A stretch of 64,000 nt of DNA, from positions 792,229-856,228 of the forward strand of contig NW_003314299.1 of the NCBI RefSeq assembly GCF_000143415.4, written 5' to 3'. Shown here in pieces: positions 36,550 through 49,362 of this stretch. Both the position numbers and the translations under genes were made by a program. Source of the stretch: Selaginella moellendorffii (Eukaryota; Plantae; Lycopodiophyta). Each line of letters opens with the position of its first letter. The stretch's first letter is position 1. The notes under the pieces were generated by a model. The model saw nothing but the letters and a program-made list of their open reading frames with translations. It did no database searches and was not told where the DNA came from.

Positions 36550-38871
36550 ATGAGCACGTCCACGATTCAATCCCTGGCGACGCAAATCCAGGAATGCGGC
36601 AACTGCAGGAACCTCGCGGCCGCCCGGCGCCTCCACGCGCGCGTCGTCGACACCAGCGATCACGCCCACAATCGCTACATCGCCAATCTCCTCATCCAGA
36701 TGTATGGCAAATGTGGCAGCCCTGGCGAGGCCCGCGGCGTCTTCGATCGAATCCCCCCGCACGCCCGCAACGATTTTTCGTGGAACATCATCATCGCGGC
36801 GTATGCCCAAAATGGGCATCTGCGGGAAGCGCAGGATGTCTTCGACTTGATGCCCAGCCGCAATCTCGTCTCGTGCAATTCGATGATACAAGCGCTTTCA
36901 AAACATGGGCACTTAGATCAGGCGAAGAGAGTGTTTGATGGAACGCCGCAGCACGACGTTGTCTCGTGGACAACGTTACTATCAGCATATGCCCAAACTG
37001 GGCATATTTTGATAACGAAGAACATCTTCGACAAAATGCCGGAAAAAAACATCTTCACGTGGACGACGATTGTGCAGTGCTATGCGACATCCGGAAAAGT
37101 TGACGAAGCCAAAGCCGCGTTTGATCAAATGCCGATGTTGGATGTTATGACTTGGAACGCTTTGATCTACGCAAATGCCAAGAAGGGGGATCTTTACTCC
37201 GTGAAGAACATCTTTGTTTCTATGCCGGAGTGGAGCGTCGTGTCGTGGACGTCGATGATCACCGCTCTGGGCGAGTCGGGGCTGATCGTCGACGCTGTCT
37301 CAATCTTTCTCTCGATGGAGGAGAGGAATCTCGTCTCGTGGAACGCGATGCTCCACGCTTGCGCCAGGAACGGCGATCTCGCCATGGCGAGGGCGCTCTT
37401 CGATCGAATGCCCGAGCATGACATCGCGTGCTGGACCGCGCTGATCCAGGCCTACGTCCAGAGCGCTCGTCCCGAGGACGCCAAGATCGCGTTTGATTCT
37501 ATGCCCGCCAGCGACATCGCGGCGTGGAACTTGATCCTCGCGGCGTACGCCCATCGCGGGCGAGTCGAGGAGGCCGAGAGGATCTTTGCTGCCATGCCCG
37601 AGAGGAGCGTGGTCTCGTGGAACAACGTCCTCCAGGCGTGCGTCGCGCGGGGAGATCTCGAGCGCGCGCGTGAGATCTTCGCCGCGATGCCCGAGAGGAA
37701 TGTGGTGTCGTGGACCGCGATGATCCAGGCGAGAGCACTGGCCGGGGAGATGGATCGCGCGAGGGAGCTGTTTGATCGGATGCTGGAGTGGGACGCGGTG
37801 GTGTGGAATGTGATGATCGCGGGGTATGCCGAGGCTGGCGAGATCGATCGCGCGAGGCAGATGTTTGAGGATCTTCCCGAGAAGAGCCAGGTCTCCTGGA
37901 ACACGATTATTGGCGCGTACTCTCGAGTGGGCGATCTGGAATCCGCGAGGGGATTGTTTGAGCGATTGCCCAGCCGATCGATCGACGCTTGCAATGTGAT
38001 GATCACGGCCTACGCCGAGAGGGGCGAGCTGGAGGAATCAAAAGCTCTGTTTGATTCCATGGAAGAGCTCAATGCTGTGAGCTGGACAGCGATGATCACG
38101 GCCTACGCGCGCTTTGGGCACCAGGATCTAGCCAGGATCACGTTTGAGCGCATGGCGGCGCAAAAAACAGCGAGTGGGTCACGCGATTTCCTGGATGAGA
38201 TCCCGGAGCAAGACGTGGTTTCATGCAATGCAATGATCAGCGCGTTTCTCCAGGGAATGGAGCTGATCCAAGCGAAGATGCTGTTCGATCGGATGAGCCG
38301 GAGAGACGTGATCTCGTGGAACGCCATCGTCGCTGGATTTGCCCGGAATGGGCATTTGCTCTACGCGAAGAGACTGTTCGATGCAATGCCGGAGAAGAAC
38401 TTGGTTTCGTGGAGCTCTTTGCTCGCAGCGTACGCGCAACTCGGCAATCACAGCGATGGCGTCGCGTTCTACTCGCAGCTGCTCGCGAGCGGAGTAGAGC
38501 CCAACGAAATCTGCGTTGTGAGCCTCCTCGCCGTGTGCGCGCACGCCGGGAACTTGGAGAAAGTGTTGAAACTCTTCGTACGGATGACCCAGGATCATAC
38601 GGAAGTGTCTGCCACCAAAGAACACTATGCGATCGCTGTGGACATTCTTGGACGAGCTGGGCAGCTGGAGGTCGCGGAAGAGATCGTGAATTCCATGCCT
38701 TTGGGGGGACCCGACGACACCGTGTGGGGATCACTCCTCTCGGCCAGCCGGTTTCATGTGAAAAATCCCGGCTTTGGCGCACGCGCTGCGAAAGAAGTGA
38801 TGAAGAGCTCTCCGCGAGATTCCTCGGCTTATATCCTGCTCGCTACTGCTCGCTCGATAGCGCAAACTTAG
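36550..38871 (+). CDS. PLS-class pentatricopeptide repeat protein (tandem 31-aa motifs, E domain, no DYW)
   Basis: Intronless 773-aa ORF; repeats of VSWNAMI..YA..G....A..LF..MPE; ends HYAIAVDILGRAG...WGSLL...SSAYILL. Confidence 0.95.
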   Translation: MSTSTIQSLATQIQECGNCRNLAAARRLHARVVDTSDHAHNRYIANLLIQMYGKCGSPGEARGVFDRIPPHARNDFSWNIIIAAYAQNGHLREAQDVFDLMPSRNLVSCNSMIQALSKHGHLDQAKRVFDGTPQHDVVSWTTLLSAYAQTGHILITKNIFDKMPEKNIFTWTTIVQCYATSGKVDEAKAAFDQMPMLDVMTWNALIYANAKKGDLYSVKNIFVSMPEWSVVSWTSMITALGESGLIVDAVSIFLSMEERNLVSWNAMLHACARNGDLAMARALFDRMPEHDIACWTALIQAYVQSARPEDAKIAFDSMPASDIAAWNLILAAYAHRGRVEEAERIFAAMPERSVVSWNNVLQACVARGDLERAREIFAAMPERNVVSWTAMIQARALAGEMDRARELFDRMLEWDAVVWNVMIAGYAEAGEIDRARQMFEDLPEKSQVSWNTIIGAYSRVGDLESARGLFERLPSRSIDACNVMITAYAERGELEESKALFDSMEELNAVSWTAMITAYARFGHQDLARITFERMAAQKTASGSRDFLDEIPEQDVVSCNAMISAFLQGMELIQAKMLFDRMSRRDVISWNAIVAGFARNGHLLYAKRLFDAMPEKNLVSWSSLLAAYAQLGNHSDGVAFYSQLLASGVEPNEICVVSLLAVCAHAGNLEKVLKLFVRMTQDHTEVSATKEHYAIAVDILGRAGQLEVAEEIVNSMPLGGPDDTVWGSLLSASRFHVKNPGFGARAAKEVMKSSPRDSSAYILLATARSIAQT

Positions 38872-39089
38872 ATCTTCTGGTCCGATGATCGATGACAAGC
38901 GTTGGACACTCCCGTCAAACACTCCACTGCCAGGAATTGGATTGTTGAGTGTGACTTCCACTCACGCGCTCAAAGTGGACGCACCATGATGCATTGCTGT
39001 GCTGCTACCACTGCGTATATCTTTCGTGGTGACAATGCTGGAGTGGAGTGGAGTGGAGTGAGTGCTCGGAAATCATCGGTTTATCCGGC

Positions 39090-40269
<1,180 letters not shown>

Positions 40270-40505
40270 GATATATATAAGTGTTCCAGGTCCACTTGAT
40301 AGCAAAGTTCTCTTTTTTATTCTCGTTTCTGGAGTTCTCCTTGTAGCACTGGATTTATCCAAACTTTCCAAATTTTTACAACTCTAGACTCGTTCCAAGT
40401 CGGAGAGTGAGTACCAAGTTGAGAAGGAAGCTTACTTTTATATAGAAGGTAGCGAAGCATTGCAAGAGAAAACCTCTTCTCTTCACCATGGTGATCTCCA
40501 ATCTT

Positions 40506-41675
40506 CTACCAAGTAATCTCTTCGGGATCCAAAGTCACAGACGCGGAAGAAGAGGACGTACCACAACCGTGACCATGGCCATTACCACTGGCGGTTCCCA
40601 AAATCACGTCTTTTTTGCCACCGCCACCATTCCTGGACTCGAGCAGCTCCTTGAGCAAGAACTGCAAGAGCTTGTCCTGGAGTCCCTTGACATCCACCTT
40701 GTCCTGCAAACCTTTCAAGTTGAGCGTCTCGAGAAGATCTGTCACCACAACTCCGGGGCGGAATGGCTGCTGGTTTTGGACAAAACTTTGATGCGAAGGA
40801 GCTGCTACCACTGCCGCTGCCGCTGCTACTTTGGGCGACGATCTCCTCTTCTTCATGCCTTTGTTTACTGCGTAGAAGTCCTTGGGCTCCAGCAGGAGCT
40901 CCGGATCCTTGTCCACGAAATTAAGCTTGGCCTTTTTGCCTTTGATCCTCCGAGCGGCAGCATCATAAGCTAGCGCAGCCTTCTCCGCCGTCGCGAAGGA
41001 TCCCAGCCAGAGTCGGACTCCCTGGTGAGGATCACGAATCTCCGCGGCCCATTTTCCAGAAGGCCGCTGACGAACACCCCGGTAGTGCTTCTTCTTGCAA
41101 CTCTCGAGCGTTTCCATCGTCGTGTCTGGACCGGAGACCACAGTAGCAGCGTTCTTAGAGCCTGCGAAAGAAGAATAAGACCAGCTTTTACCGAAGAAAA
41201 AACACTACTTACCTCGAGTTTTCGATTCCTCCAGCTTGAACTCGCCACGAGTGAAACTTTTCTCGACCACCATCTCGTCCTCGTTCTGCTGGAGCTCCGC
41301 CACCACGTCGCTCGTCTCCATGAGCTTCATCTCCGAGATCTGGATGGCATTGTCTCCAACCTCGGAGCTCTCCGAGAGCGGCGGCGAGTCGAGCTTGTCA
41401 TACTCGGAGGATTCGCTCTGGAGAGCCGGAGAAACATCCTCCTTTTCCTGGACCGAGGCCTCCCAAGCCGACCACGACTTAAAGATCTCATCTGCGGCAC
41501 TGTCGTTCTTTAGAACAGCGTCCAAGTCGGGCACTGGAACTTCGTCAATCTCGTAAGCCGGGCCATTGTCAAACTCCCACTCTGGAAACTCCTCGGGGAG
41601 CTTACTCTGTCCCCCATAGTCGGAAGTTGAATATGGAGTGTAGATGTAAGCGTCGGAGGTGATACCACGGCACAT
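40506..41675 (-). CDS. AP2/ERF transcription factor, group VII-like, Met-Cys N-terminus
   Basis: Exon 1 41675-41213 starts MCRGITSD; intron 41212-41162; exon 2 carries [28 protein letters not shown]...[17 protein letters not shown]. Confidence 0.85.
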
Positions 41676-43070
41676 CCTTGCGTTGCTCCTCCTCAGCAAG
41701 CGTTCTTTCTAGAAACGTTTTAAAGATAGCTCTAACCTCGGTGTTCGCTGCCAGATCGAAACGCGTCACTCCTAATTCTGACACAGATAAACCAGATCTT
41801 TGAGAAGCTTGCCCCTTGTGGATAAGTTCAAAAGCCACGCAAACAAAGAGGTGATAGCTAATCTTAAGGATGATGCAGTGCGAGCACAAACTTTGTGATG
41901 AATGTTGCAAGCCTCGGAAGATCTTTTGCACATGAAAAGGAAGCAAACAATCTCGTCTTTCTCGAGAGATCTTAACAAGAGAGAGAACAAAGAGAAGCTG
42001 TGACTGACAATAAAGAAATTCATGCAGCAGAGGAAAGTGTAGATGAAAGAGGGCACATTACCGAGGAACAGTGTAGCTCCAAGAAGCTACAAGAGCAAGA
42101 GAAAGAAAGAGAGGTGATGATGCCAAGCCAATATCAAATACCAGGAGGAATCAAAGTGTTCTCGAAAGAGGACAAGGCCTGGGAAAACTTTGGTTGCTTC
42201 AGTACAAGCAAGATAGTATAAACAAAGCACAGAAGAGAGGAGTGACGTAAAACCACCCACGAAGAGCAGGCATGAATCGCTCACCTACAAACCTCACAAA
42301 GGAAGGGGCCAGCCATCGAAGTTCTATGGTAAAAAACCTCTTTTTTTTTCTTCTTCCAGAGAAATCTTCCAGATTTCCTTTGGACTGGTTTGCTGCGGGA
42401 GTGTGGAAGGAACGGTCCAGGCGGGACTGGATTCAAAGCACGGAGATTTGGCAAAACTCTCACGGCTCTTCTGTGCAAAGGACCGACTGATGCGATCGAT
42501 CGATGAGACGAATGAATGAATGGATGAATCGAGGAAAGAATGGAATAACACAAACACACAAACACACCTGGAAAGAAGCGTGGAAGCTACAAAGTGTCCA
42601 TGCATCCCGCGTGTTTAAATCCTCTCTTCTCGCGACTCTGCTACAGCGAAAAACAAGCTTGAGTGAGATCTTTCTGACCGGCGATGAACCAAAGACCGAC
42701 CATCCAAAGCAAAATTCAATCTTGGAGGGACCCAACACAGCCCAGATGCGCAGCACCAAAAACCCACGAAGAACTTTCAACGAAGTAGCAAAAACAAGGA
42801 AATATTGCTCACCGATCTGGCCGTGCTCGCAAATCTCCAACTTGCCCCCTTTTCCAGAACCTCCCGTTCAATGCATCCTTGTCACTCTCATTCTTTAGTT
42901 CTTAGCAGGGAGATTAGGGCAAAATGACAAAAGGTATATTCCCTTTGTCATGCACTCAATCCCCGCCGTCGGTTTCGCGGTGGTTCTTAAAGGTAGGTTC
43001 AAATTTAATCTTCATTTAGGGCTCCTCGAGATATACCTTAGGGCTCCTTGCGGGATTTAGGGTTTTAGCA

Positions 43071-45107
43071 ATGCCGCGGACGTCGACGCTGGAGCCTCCG
43101 GGATGCCCCGCGCAGCTCCGTGCAATCTGCTGCGATGCGCTGGGGTTCGTGAAAGGTCAGCTGCCGATTAGCTAGCTCGCGATTCTCGAGATTTTGATGT
43201 TGGAATCACTTGGCTCCAGTTGTCGAAGCGCGCGGCGAGAATGGGGCAGAGAATGGGCCGCTTGATGTTGTCGCGCGATGGGGCCAGCCTGGCGCTGGAA
43301 TCTCGGCGATTTCCTACTCGAATTCCAGTAATGTATGGCTCTTCTTCGCTCTTATTGTGGCACTTGCTTATTATTTTTTGCTTTGCAGAGGCTAGCAGTG
43401 GCGAGGAAATCCGGAGATGTAAGTCGTGCGTTTCCTTTCGTTGTTTTGTTCTAAGTGGCTTTGTCGCAGATAGAAATCCTCGAGTCCACGGATGGAAGTA
43501 TCTGCGCACAACTAGCCTCTTTAAACTTAGACGCCAAAGAAAGAGAGAATGATGCCATATCCGGTCTCCATCTCTTCAGGGAAGATGGTCCGTGGTAAGT
43601 TTGAACCTTTGCTATAGCTTTGTAGCTATGTAACAAGCTAGAGTTCTCTTACTTTTTCCAGCGGACAATCTGTGTTGAGCTGCAGTAGAAATGGCGACGC
43701 AGCGTTGCGGACTTTTGGCGACGAGGATGCTCCGTCTCCAGTATCGAGATGGAACGTATGCAAATCTGGAGAAGTTCTATCCATGAGGGTTCACAACAGC
43801 GAAAACGTTGCGTCGTTCGGAGGGTATGTTTGCTTTGTGTTTTGCTAGTTTTCCATGCCTCATTCGTTTTGTTGTTAAGTAACCGGGTGGAATTGAGTCT
43901 CTGGGATCTCGAAAGCAGCTCGAAAGTCTGGGAAGCGAAGAAGGTAGTTGAGAGCTTTTTCCTTTTCGATCCTGTTTCTCACAAGCTCGTTTTCGTTGCG
44001 ATCAGCCCAGACCAAACAATATCGGATTGGTATCGCTACCTTATGTCACGGCCTCTACGTTTCTTCTCAGGGATGACCATCGCAAGCTGGTTATCGGGAC
44101 AGGAGACTATCAGGTTCGCTGCAAAACCAAAACCAATTTTGTTCCTGACATTAACGCGCATGCACAGGTTCGTTTGTATGACGTCCACGCTCAGAAAAGG
44201 CCTGTTGTAGCAGTAACTTTCAAAGAATCTCCTATCAAAGCTGTAGCTGAAGATCCAGATGGTTTTACGGTCTATGTGGGAAACTCAACCGGTAGTATGG
44301 CCTCGTTTGACATGCGAACTGGTATGTTTGTTCTTGCAGAGATTTACAGAAGGAAAACTCGTTTTCCCATTTGCAGGAAAGCTCCTGTCAGGATTCAAGG
44401 GAAAGCTCGCTGGAAGTGTTCGATGCATTGCAAGGCATCCTTCACTGCCTTTGATTGCGTCTTGCGGTAAGTTTGTTTTACTGGCGAAAGAAGGTGCTGA
44501 GTTTCAAAGTTTGGATAGGCCTGGATCGGTTTCTGAGAATTCATGACATTCGGAGCAGGCAATTACTCGGAAGGGTGAGGCACTCTTTTTTTCCGAAATC
44601 ACTGTTTTTTGCTTAACTTGGTTGTGTAGATTTTTCTGAAACAACCGCTGGTGGCTGTGGTTTTCGATGATCAAGCAAAGACATGTAAGTTCGTCAAAGT
44701 TTCTATGATTCTTTGTGTACTGAAGTTCGGAGTTCTCAGCCGAGGAGCCCCTCCTAACAGCGAGCCAGGAGCAATCGCAAGGCAAGAGGAAGCAGATCGA
44801 GAACGAGGTAGACTACATGGACAAAGAAGACGACGAGTACGAAGAAGAAAAGCCCAGAAAGAAGAAACCAAAGAAGCACAAGAAACCCAAGAGGAAACAA
44901 GCTGGCAAAGATGACGAAGCCACAGATCTCGCGGAAGACGAGTCTCCAGCGAAGAAGCTCAAAGAGCTCAAGAAGCTAAAGCGGAAGCAAAACGGCGAGA
45001 CAAGCGAACCAAAGAAAAAGAAGATCAAAGACACAACCAGCGAGAAACCCAAAGAGAAATCCAACGAGAAATCTACAAACAAGAAGAAGCGAACAAGAGA
45101 AGAGTAG
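43071..45107 (+). CDS. WDR74: WD repeat protein 74 / NSA1-like ribosome biogenesis factor
   Basis: MPRTSTLEPPGCP, VRLYDVHAQKRPV, SVRCIARHPSLPLIASCGLDRFL; Lys-rich tail; multi-exon. Confidence 0.85.
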
Positions 45108-45217
45108 AAGCAACGAGAAATACAGCCTTGTGTTCTAGAAAATTTTCCAGTAGCTACAGAGAAGCTAGCAATCCAACCGACTGACCTTTAACGATCGATT
45201 GGATTGTAGCACCGAGG

Positions 45218-45550
45218 CTACCGCTTCTTGAATCCATATTTCTTGCGCTCGTAGAAGAGATCGGTCTTGGCGCTGCCCAGGTTGACGATCTTGGGACACC
45301 CATCTCGATCCTTCTCCTGCTGCGTGCACTCCTTGCAGTAGTAAGCGTCGGAGATCCCCAATCCTCCACAGATGACGCAGCGCCCCTGGTAGGATCCATA
45401 GTTACACTCGTCGCACACGCGGACTAGGGTACACGGCCGGACGTAGGAATCGCAGATCACGCACTTGCCATCGCACTTCTCGCACAGGCGACCGATCGCA
45501 ATGCCCGGCTGCTTGCGGCACATGATCAAATCCGGATGATGCTTCGCCAT
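45218..45550 (-). CDS. PHF5A: PHD finger-like domain protein 5A (SF3b / Rds3)
   Basis: Highly conserved 110-aa [30 protein letters not shown]...[11 protein letters not shown]. Confidence 0.98.
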   Translation of the reverse strand: MAKHHPDLIMCRKQPGIAIGRLCEKCDGKCVICDSYVRPCTLVRVCDECNYGSYQGRCVICGGLGISDAYYCKECTQQEKDRDGCPKIVNLGSAKTDLFYERKKYGFKKR

Positions 45551-45684
45551 GGCGCACGCTTCCTTTTTCTCTCTCGTGAAGAACCCTACAAATGATAAAA
45601 CCCTAATCGCATCCGACGGTTTTATTTAAGACACGTCGAATGCCACGTCAGCGACAAGGGTTAGGGTTTGCGAGAAAGAGAACG
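45551..45684. promoter_or_regulatory. 134-bp bidirectional promoter
   Basis: Oppositely oriented telo-boxes (AAACCCTAA ~45598; TTAGGGTTT 45661), ATCCGACGG at 45611, and two ACGT cores including GCCACGTCA. Confidence 0.65.
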
Positions 45685-45889
45685 ATGATCTACGACGTGA
45701 ACTCGGCGCTCTTCCGGTCCTTCCTCAGCCAGAAGGGAGGCGCGGCGGATAAGAGGTGGGATTTCTAGGTTTTTAGCGAGCAGCGCGGTGATTCTTTGGA
45801 TTTTCGGTATTTCCAGGAAGAATGAGGATCAGAAGCCAAAGGAGCAGCGGCCCAAGGCCAGCGAGAACAAGCCGGTGATGAATGAGTGA
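45685..45889 (+). CDS. 47-aa wound-induced basic protein (not in ORF track)
   Basis: Exons 45685-45755 and 45817-45889 give MIYDVNSALFRSFLSQKGGAADKRKNEDQKPKEQRPKASENKPVMNE*, a recognisable conserved plant peptide. Confidence 0.9.
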
Positions 45890-46787
45890 GAGAATAAGAG
45901 TAGCAGTGCAGCATCCTCCGCAAGGCAAGTGAGAGAGGATTTTGCTTGCATTGTGGCGATGTGCTGTGCTGTGATAACTCTCTTTAATTTTTTTTCTTCT
46001 TTCTTCTCTTCCTTTGTGGCGTTCGATCCACTCCTTCTAAGAAAAAACCAGTGCTTTTGAGTAAAGTCTCCTGCGTCCTCGATGATGATCTTGCAAGGCT
46101 AGAAAGTTGGATTTTCTCATAGTTTTCTTTCACATCTTTGTTTTTTCCTTGTTGGTTTTGTTCTTCATCCTGACACCAGGTACAGACCCACTACGAGTTA
46201 ACTTATCATAAGTTCACGATGCACGAACTGGACAACGAAGATTTCTCGGTGTCAAGTTACCGTCCTCGGTGGAATCAACGGGTAAACTCCTCGTTAGTTT
46301 TCAGTACTTATGTGGAGTACATGCAAGCAGGGTGAGAGCAGCGGTGGAAAAAGAATGCAATCACGCTCACAAGCTGAGCGTCAGAGAAAACAACTTGTCA
46401 GGCTCCCGGGACAGAGACTGGGGACAGGGACAGCGGACACACAGGTTTCTCGGCTGTGCATTCAATTCGCAACAAGCAGCAAGGCATCAGATCAGAGGTT
46501 ACTCCCCTCTTAAGTGCAGTCAGAAGGAGGAAAAAACAGGGGTGCCTCAAGTGATGGTGTAAGCAGATCTCTAGACTCGTGAGCACACAGGTTTCATGGG
46601 AACTTGCGAAGGATCAGTTGCAGACGGGAGTAATGACCACAGACGAAATTTTCTTGTAGCGAAGGATGATTTTGGGATGCGGGTGTAGAGGTAGAGGGCG
46701 GAGAAATACTTTTGGAACTTTGAGGAAGGAGAACTTGGGCGGTATTCTTTCTTCGTCTTCGTATGGTATGGTAGCTTGAGCTGAGCT

Positions 46788-48154
46788 ATGCCAGGTATCA
46801 ATTGCCGCTCCGCAGCCACGGGATCTTCAGGTACCAAGGCGGATGCTCCAGCAATCCAGCAGGGAAACTGGAAGTTTTACGACAACCCTTTCTTTGTGGC
46901 TGCGGTAGCATCCGCTGTGGTGGAGGCCACGCTCGGAAAGCAAGAGCTTGTCAAGGATTGCAAGCAGGAGGTGGAGGAGGAGAAAAAACCCGAGCGGAAT
47001 CATAACGGGAGAAGGCCGAGGAATTTCGTCTCCGGCCTTAGTCCGTCCCGTGCTACTACTCCACGAACAGCGAGAGTTCAACAGCAGCAATCTCCTGAGG
47101 TGAGTGTTCTTGTCCTTCGTTTTTTTTCTGGGTTCTTTTGCGTTTGCAAAGTTTTCTCAGCATGTGAATGGTAATCTGTCAGATATATCTTGCCAACATT
47201 TTTTCATTTAGATTCAGGATTTGACTGACCTCTGCCATTTTTCACGAGCCAGTTTTGTATACTCCGACTGAAAGCGGCATGCCTTGTCTGCAGGTGAAAA
47301 AGAAACAGCAGACTGTTCCTGTCGAGGATACAAGCCAGAAACTCCGTTTGGAGCTTCTCAAAACGTGGACAACAGTCGAGAGGCTCGAGAAGGCTCACAC
47401 AGCTGCCAAGTCGAAGCTGGAGCGGCTGTCCAGCAGGTACGAGGATGGCAGATCCTTATGGGAGTCTCAAGTCCAGGACAAGATCACGTCTTCGCTGCAG
47501 GCGATGAGGCACAAGCTCAAGGAGGAGAAGAACGCAAACAAGAGCCTCGAGCTTGCCAACCAGAAGCTGGAGGCCGAGCTTCTGGAGATCCGCAAGGCCA
47601 TAGCGCAGGCAAAGAAGGACATCGTCGCCGAGAGAAACTCCAAGCGGATGATAGAAGACGTGTGTGACGAGCTAGCGAAGGAGGTGGGGGACGACAAGGC
47701 CTTGGCTATAGAGCTTAGAAGGCAGGCATCGGCAGCTAGGCGAGAAGCCGAGGAGACGAGGAAGGCCTTGCAAATGGGAGAGGTTTGGAAGGAGGAGAAG
47801 GTCCAAGGGAGGCTGGCAGAGGCGAGGTTTGGGATAGAACACAGGAACTCGGAACTCGATGGCGCCATCGCTAGAGTGGAAGGATTTCTAGACAACAGGA
47901 AGAAGCTGGTGGAGAAGGCTATGGATTCTTCCTCCACGGTGGTGGCCGAGAACAGCTCAACTGGATCTAGTCCTCGAAGTTCCAGCCAAAGTTTCGATAA
48001 GAGGATCTACAAAGAACAGACGCGATTGCTCCTGAATGGCAGTGGATTCCACATGAGGAACAAGGCGTACGGTAGTGGTGGTGTTAAGAATGGAGTGAGA
48101 ACACCAGCGATTCCAAAGATCTGGCCAACGTCAAAGTCTCCAAATTTTGATTGA
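46788..48154 (+). CDS. BRANCHLESS TRICHOMES-like coiled-coil protein
   Basis: WKFYDNPF near the N-terminus; IEDVCDELAKEVGDDKA...LQMGEVWKEEKVQ family motif; exon boundaries approximate. Confidence 0.75.
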
Positions 48155-48477
48155 AACATACCTATATGGTTGTAACCATTGGTTGTCATCACATTATTTA
48201 AAAGCAATCACAAAAATTCATTGGTTGTCGTAAAACCCATGCAATCTATCAAAATTTATACAAAACCATTGGTCTCTTCATTATCATCAAATTGGTTCTT
48301 TCTCTACTACAATCAGAAGGAAAAAAGGAGCGTGGGTGTTATTTGTGTGCACTAAAGTCTTGTTTTATAAGCCGGTTTGCTTTGCCTCCCCACAACCAAG
48401 AAAAGAAAATTTTGTCAGCGGAAGCATGCGGCAGAGAAAAGGAAAAAACTCCAACCATGGAAAAAAGAAGCCCGAGC

Positions 48478-49258
48478 TTAGTGATGAGAGCCATGGTGTC
48501 CTCCTGGAGGTCCACCAGGTCCAATGCATTTGAGCTGCAAGAATTTGCGTAAGTTTTGAAAGAGAGAGCGATTCGAGTAAGAGAAACAAAGAAAAACCGG
48601 CTTTTTACCTCGAAGATCTGTCCACAAATGGAGCATTCGTGGCGCTCGTTCTTCTTCAGCTTGAACCAGATGACATCGTGTTCGTCATCTACAGAAAGAA
48701 GAAGAATGTGTCAAGTTCTCCCAAGAACTTGAAGCTTTGATTGCGTTGTTTGATCACAACTTACCTCCGGGGCCTCCTGGACATCCAACGATTCGCTCAT
48801 CGTACCAAGACTCGATGATTGCTGGTTTTTCCTGTGAGGAGGAGCAAAGAAAAGGAGAAAAAGATAAAAAAGAGACCAAAAGGTAAAAGAAGATCATGCA
48901 AAGAGAGATCTTTAAGAAGAACACACCGCAGTTCCAAAAGGTCCAACCGGAGGCTCGTCCCATCTCTTCTTTCCCTGGAAATTGCCCACCAAGAAAGAAT
49001 GTAAGCACACAAGAAAAGGAAAGAGAGAAAAAAGCCGCTTTTCTCACTCACAGCTTTCGCGAATTCCAGCTCCTCGCGCTCCAGACCCGTGGCGATGCCG
49101 AGATCATCGATATCCTTGTCGTCGGCGCCACGCAAAACCCTCGACGGCGACGCAAAACCCAGACCTGCTATGCCTCTTCCCTGCGCCGCCATTGCGCATT
49201 CCAGCTGCCATGCTACCCCACGACACGCCCTCACTCGCGCGAGCGCCACACGCAGCAT
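48478..49258 (-). CDS. COX5B: Cytochrome c oxidase subunit 5b
   Basis: Presequence, IATGLEREELE, ERIVGCPGG, EHDVIWF, HECSICGQIF, GPGGPPGGHH tail. Confidence 0.92.
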
Positions 49259-49362
49259 CTGGAATCGCCCAAAATTTAGGGCTCTTAGCCTCTCTTTCTC
49301 CCTCTCTACCTTAGCATAAACCCTAGTGAGCGCTTTGCGTTTTAAATTCGATTCCACGATGA

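Noticed and set aside
42224-42480. Possible miR156/529-like hairpin (gcacagaagag ... ctcttctgtgc)
   Set aside because: Only 11 bp pair, the loop is ~230 nt and the sequence does not match mature miR156 or miR529.
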